A stretch of 63,124 nucleotides of DNA, counting the filler, from Chiloscyllium plagiosum (lineage: Eukaryota): NCBI RefSeq assembly GCF_004010195.1. It is 5 parts of one record of this genome, joined end to end, with 100 filler letters (N's around TTAATTAATTAA, not from the genome) between each part and the next. Parts side by side here need not be neighbours in the genome. Positions count along the whole stretch, not along the records: positions 59,408 to 63,124 come from NC_057716.1; 4 more parts are not named here. One strand, given 5' to 3'. Position 1 is the stretch's first letter, and each line of letters starts with the position of its first letter. Under the pieces are notes generated by a model. That model had not been told where the DNA came from, made no database searches, and saw nothing but the letters and a program-made list of their open reading frames with translations. Shown in pieces: positions 61,707 through 63,124 of this stretch. The position numbers were made by a program, and so were the translations under genes.

Positions 61707-62510
61707 ATGCAAAGTGGCCGACCGAGGCTGATAGCCAATTTTGGTAACCATGGGGATGGCCTCAAACGGAAGCTTGAGTTCTTGCCACATTACAGGTGGT
61801 CTTACTGCACAGCACATACAGACACACGCACAGAGACACACAGACACTCCGACAGACAAACTGACAGACACGCGCACTCCTACAGACCTATACACTCACG
61901 CAGACTCTCTCTCAAAAACAAGCTCACTCTCTTTCGTTCACATACTCACATGTACACGCACTCTCTTACAGACATACCCCTTTACACTCAGGCTCACACA
62001 CGTGCACCCACTCTCTCACACTCATACCTACCCACCACGCACACACTTATAAAGTTGTGGGGTGAATTTGTATTTACAGAATTCCACTTTATTTTGATCG
62101 AAAACTGCAAGTATCCATGTAAAATTCTGCCAGTCCAATATTTGTAGGGCACAGGAAGCCTCACAAAGGGCACATCACACCTTCAATGCGTTATTTGGGC
62201 CGATATGACTCCAATTGTTAAAGTTCACTTGAGAATGCAACTTCTAAAAAAGTTCTGAGATTTTCATATGAAAGAACTGAAACCAACATATCCATTCTAA
62301 AAGCTGAGAGACTTTACAATTTCAATTACCTCACACTGTAAACTTTTGTGATAAATTCTGTGTCTTATGATCTTACATTCGACAATTACCTGATGAAGAG
62401 CAGTGCTCCAAAAGCTAGTGCTCTCTAAATAAACCTGTTGGGCCATAACCTGCTGTTGTGTGATTTTTAAATTTGTACTCCCCTGTCACCACTGACTCAT
62501 CCAAATCATT
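61707..62510 (+). mobile_element. Penelope-like element 3' end (ORF tail, CA-rich UTR, hammerhead at ~62388-62420)
   Basis: RLIANFGNHGDGL..LEFLPHYR GIY-YIG C-terminus; CTGATGAagagcagtgctccAAAAgctagtg; aaacctgttgg tail. Confidence 0.78.
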
Positions 62511-63124
62511 TGTTCTGCTCTGATCGCCGGACTGCAGGAATCGTGTGTTTGCACGGGACGGTGTTCAAAGGGGATTGACCAAGGGATTGCCTGGACTGAA
62601 ACATTCCCACTGTGAAGATAGACGAGCTCGGCTGGGGCTGTTCGTCTGAGAGCGCAGAAGGCTGAATGAGGAATTGATTTACATGCACATTAAGGGGATC
62701 GACATTTGTGATAAGAGTAAACTTCTTTTAGGAAGGATTAATAATCAGGGCTGCACATTAAACACAAGAGAGTGGACTTCTGGAGGAGATTTAGGAAGAA
62801 TGTTATCACCCTGACACTGTTGTTTATCTGGAATTCACTGTATGAACCTGTGGTAAAGGTAAGAGTGATAAGAATATTTCAGGACTATTCAGCTGAACAC
62901 TTGAGGAGCTGGGGCACACACGGATATGGACCAGGTACTGGAAAGTGTGGCGAGAATAAACAGTTGCTTGATGAAAGACCCAGACACCGCAACTTTGGGT
63001 GCAGTAAAATGGCGGCCAGCTACAGCATTGTTATTCAAAGTTAGTTGGGTTTGAGTCCGAGTTTATTCATAATCAATGATGGTTCTGTTGATTCATCGTC
63101 AATTCCTGTCGTCTGAATTCTGGT

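Overview
Repeat-saturated vertebrate genomic DNA, almost certainly from an elasmobranch (shark/ray): it carries many HE1-type tRNA-derived SINEs and CR1/HER1-type LINEs sharing 3' tails, Penelope-like element (PLE) termini, and several scaffold gaps. No intact host gene is recognisable; only a CpG-rich candidate first exon and a few candidate exons are seen. Three things stand out. (1) Between the retroelements at ~13.5-23.2 kb lie degraded minus-strand coding fragments that read like a papillomavirus genome in native order (E1 C-terminus/E2 overlap, E2, then L1 pieces), split by host SINE/LINE insertions: a candidate endogenous (germline) papillomavirus. This is recognised by eye from motifs in frameshifted sequence and needs a profile search. 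(2) A decayed endogenous retrovirus (3677-11359) has both LTRs, a 5-bp TSD, a tRNA-Ser-like PBS, integrase and a gamma-type env, and is nested in an older LTR within degenerate TTAGGG arrays. (3) About a dozen minimal type-I hammerhead ribozyme motifs occur at PLE termini, some in tiny TSD-flanked or inverted insertions. Most repeat boundaries are approximate (+/- tens of bp).
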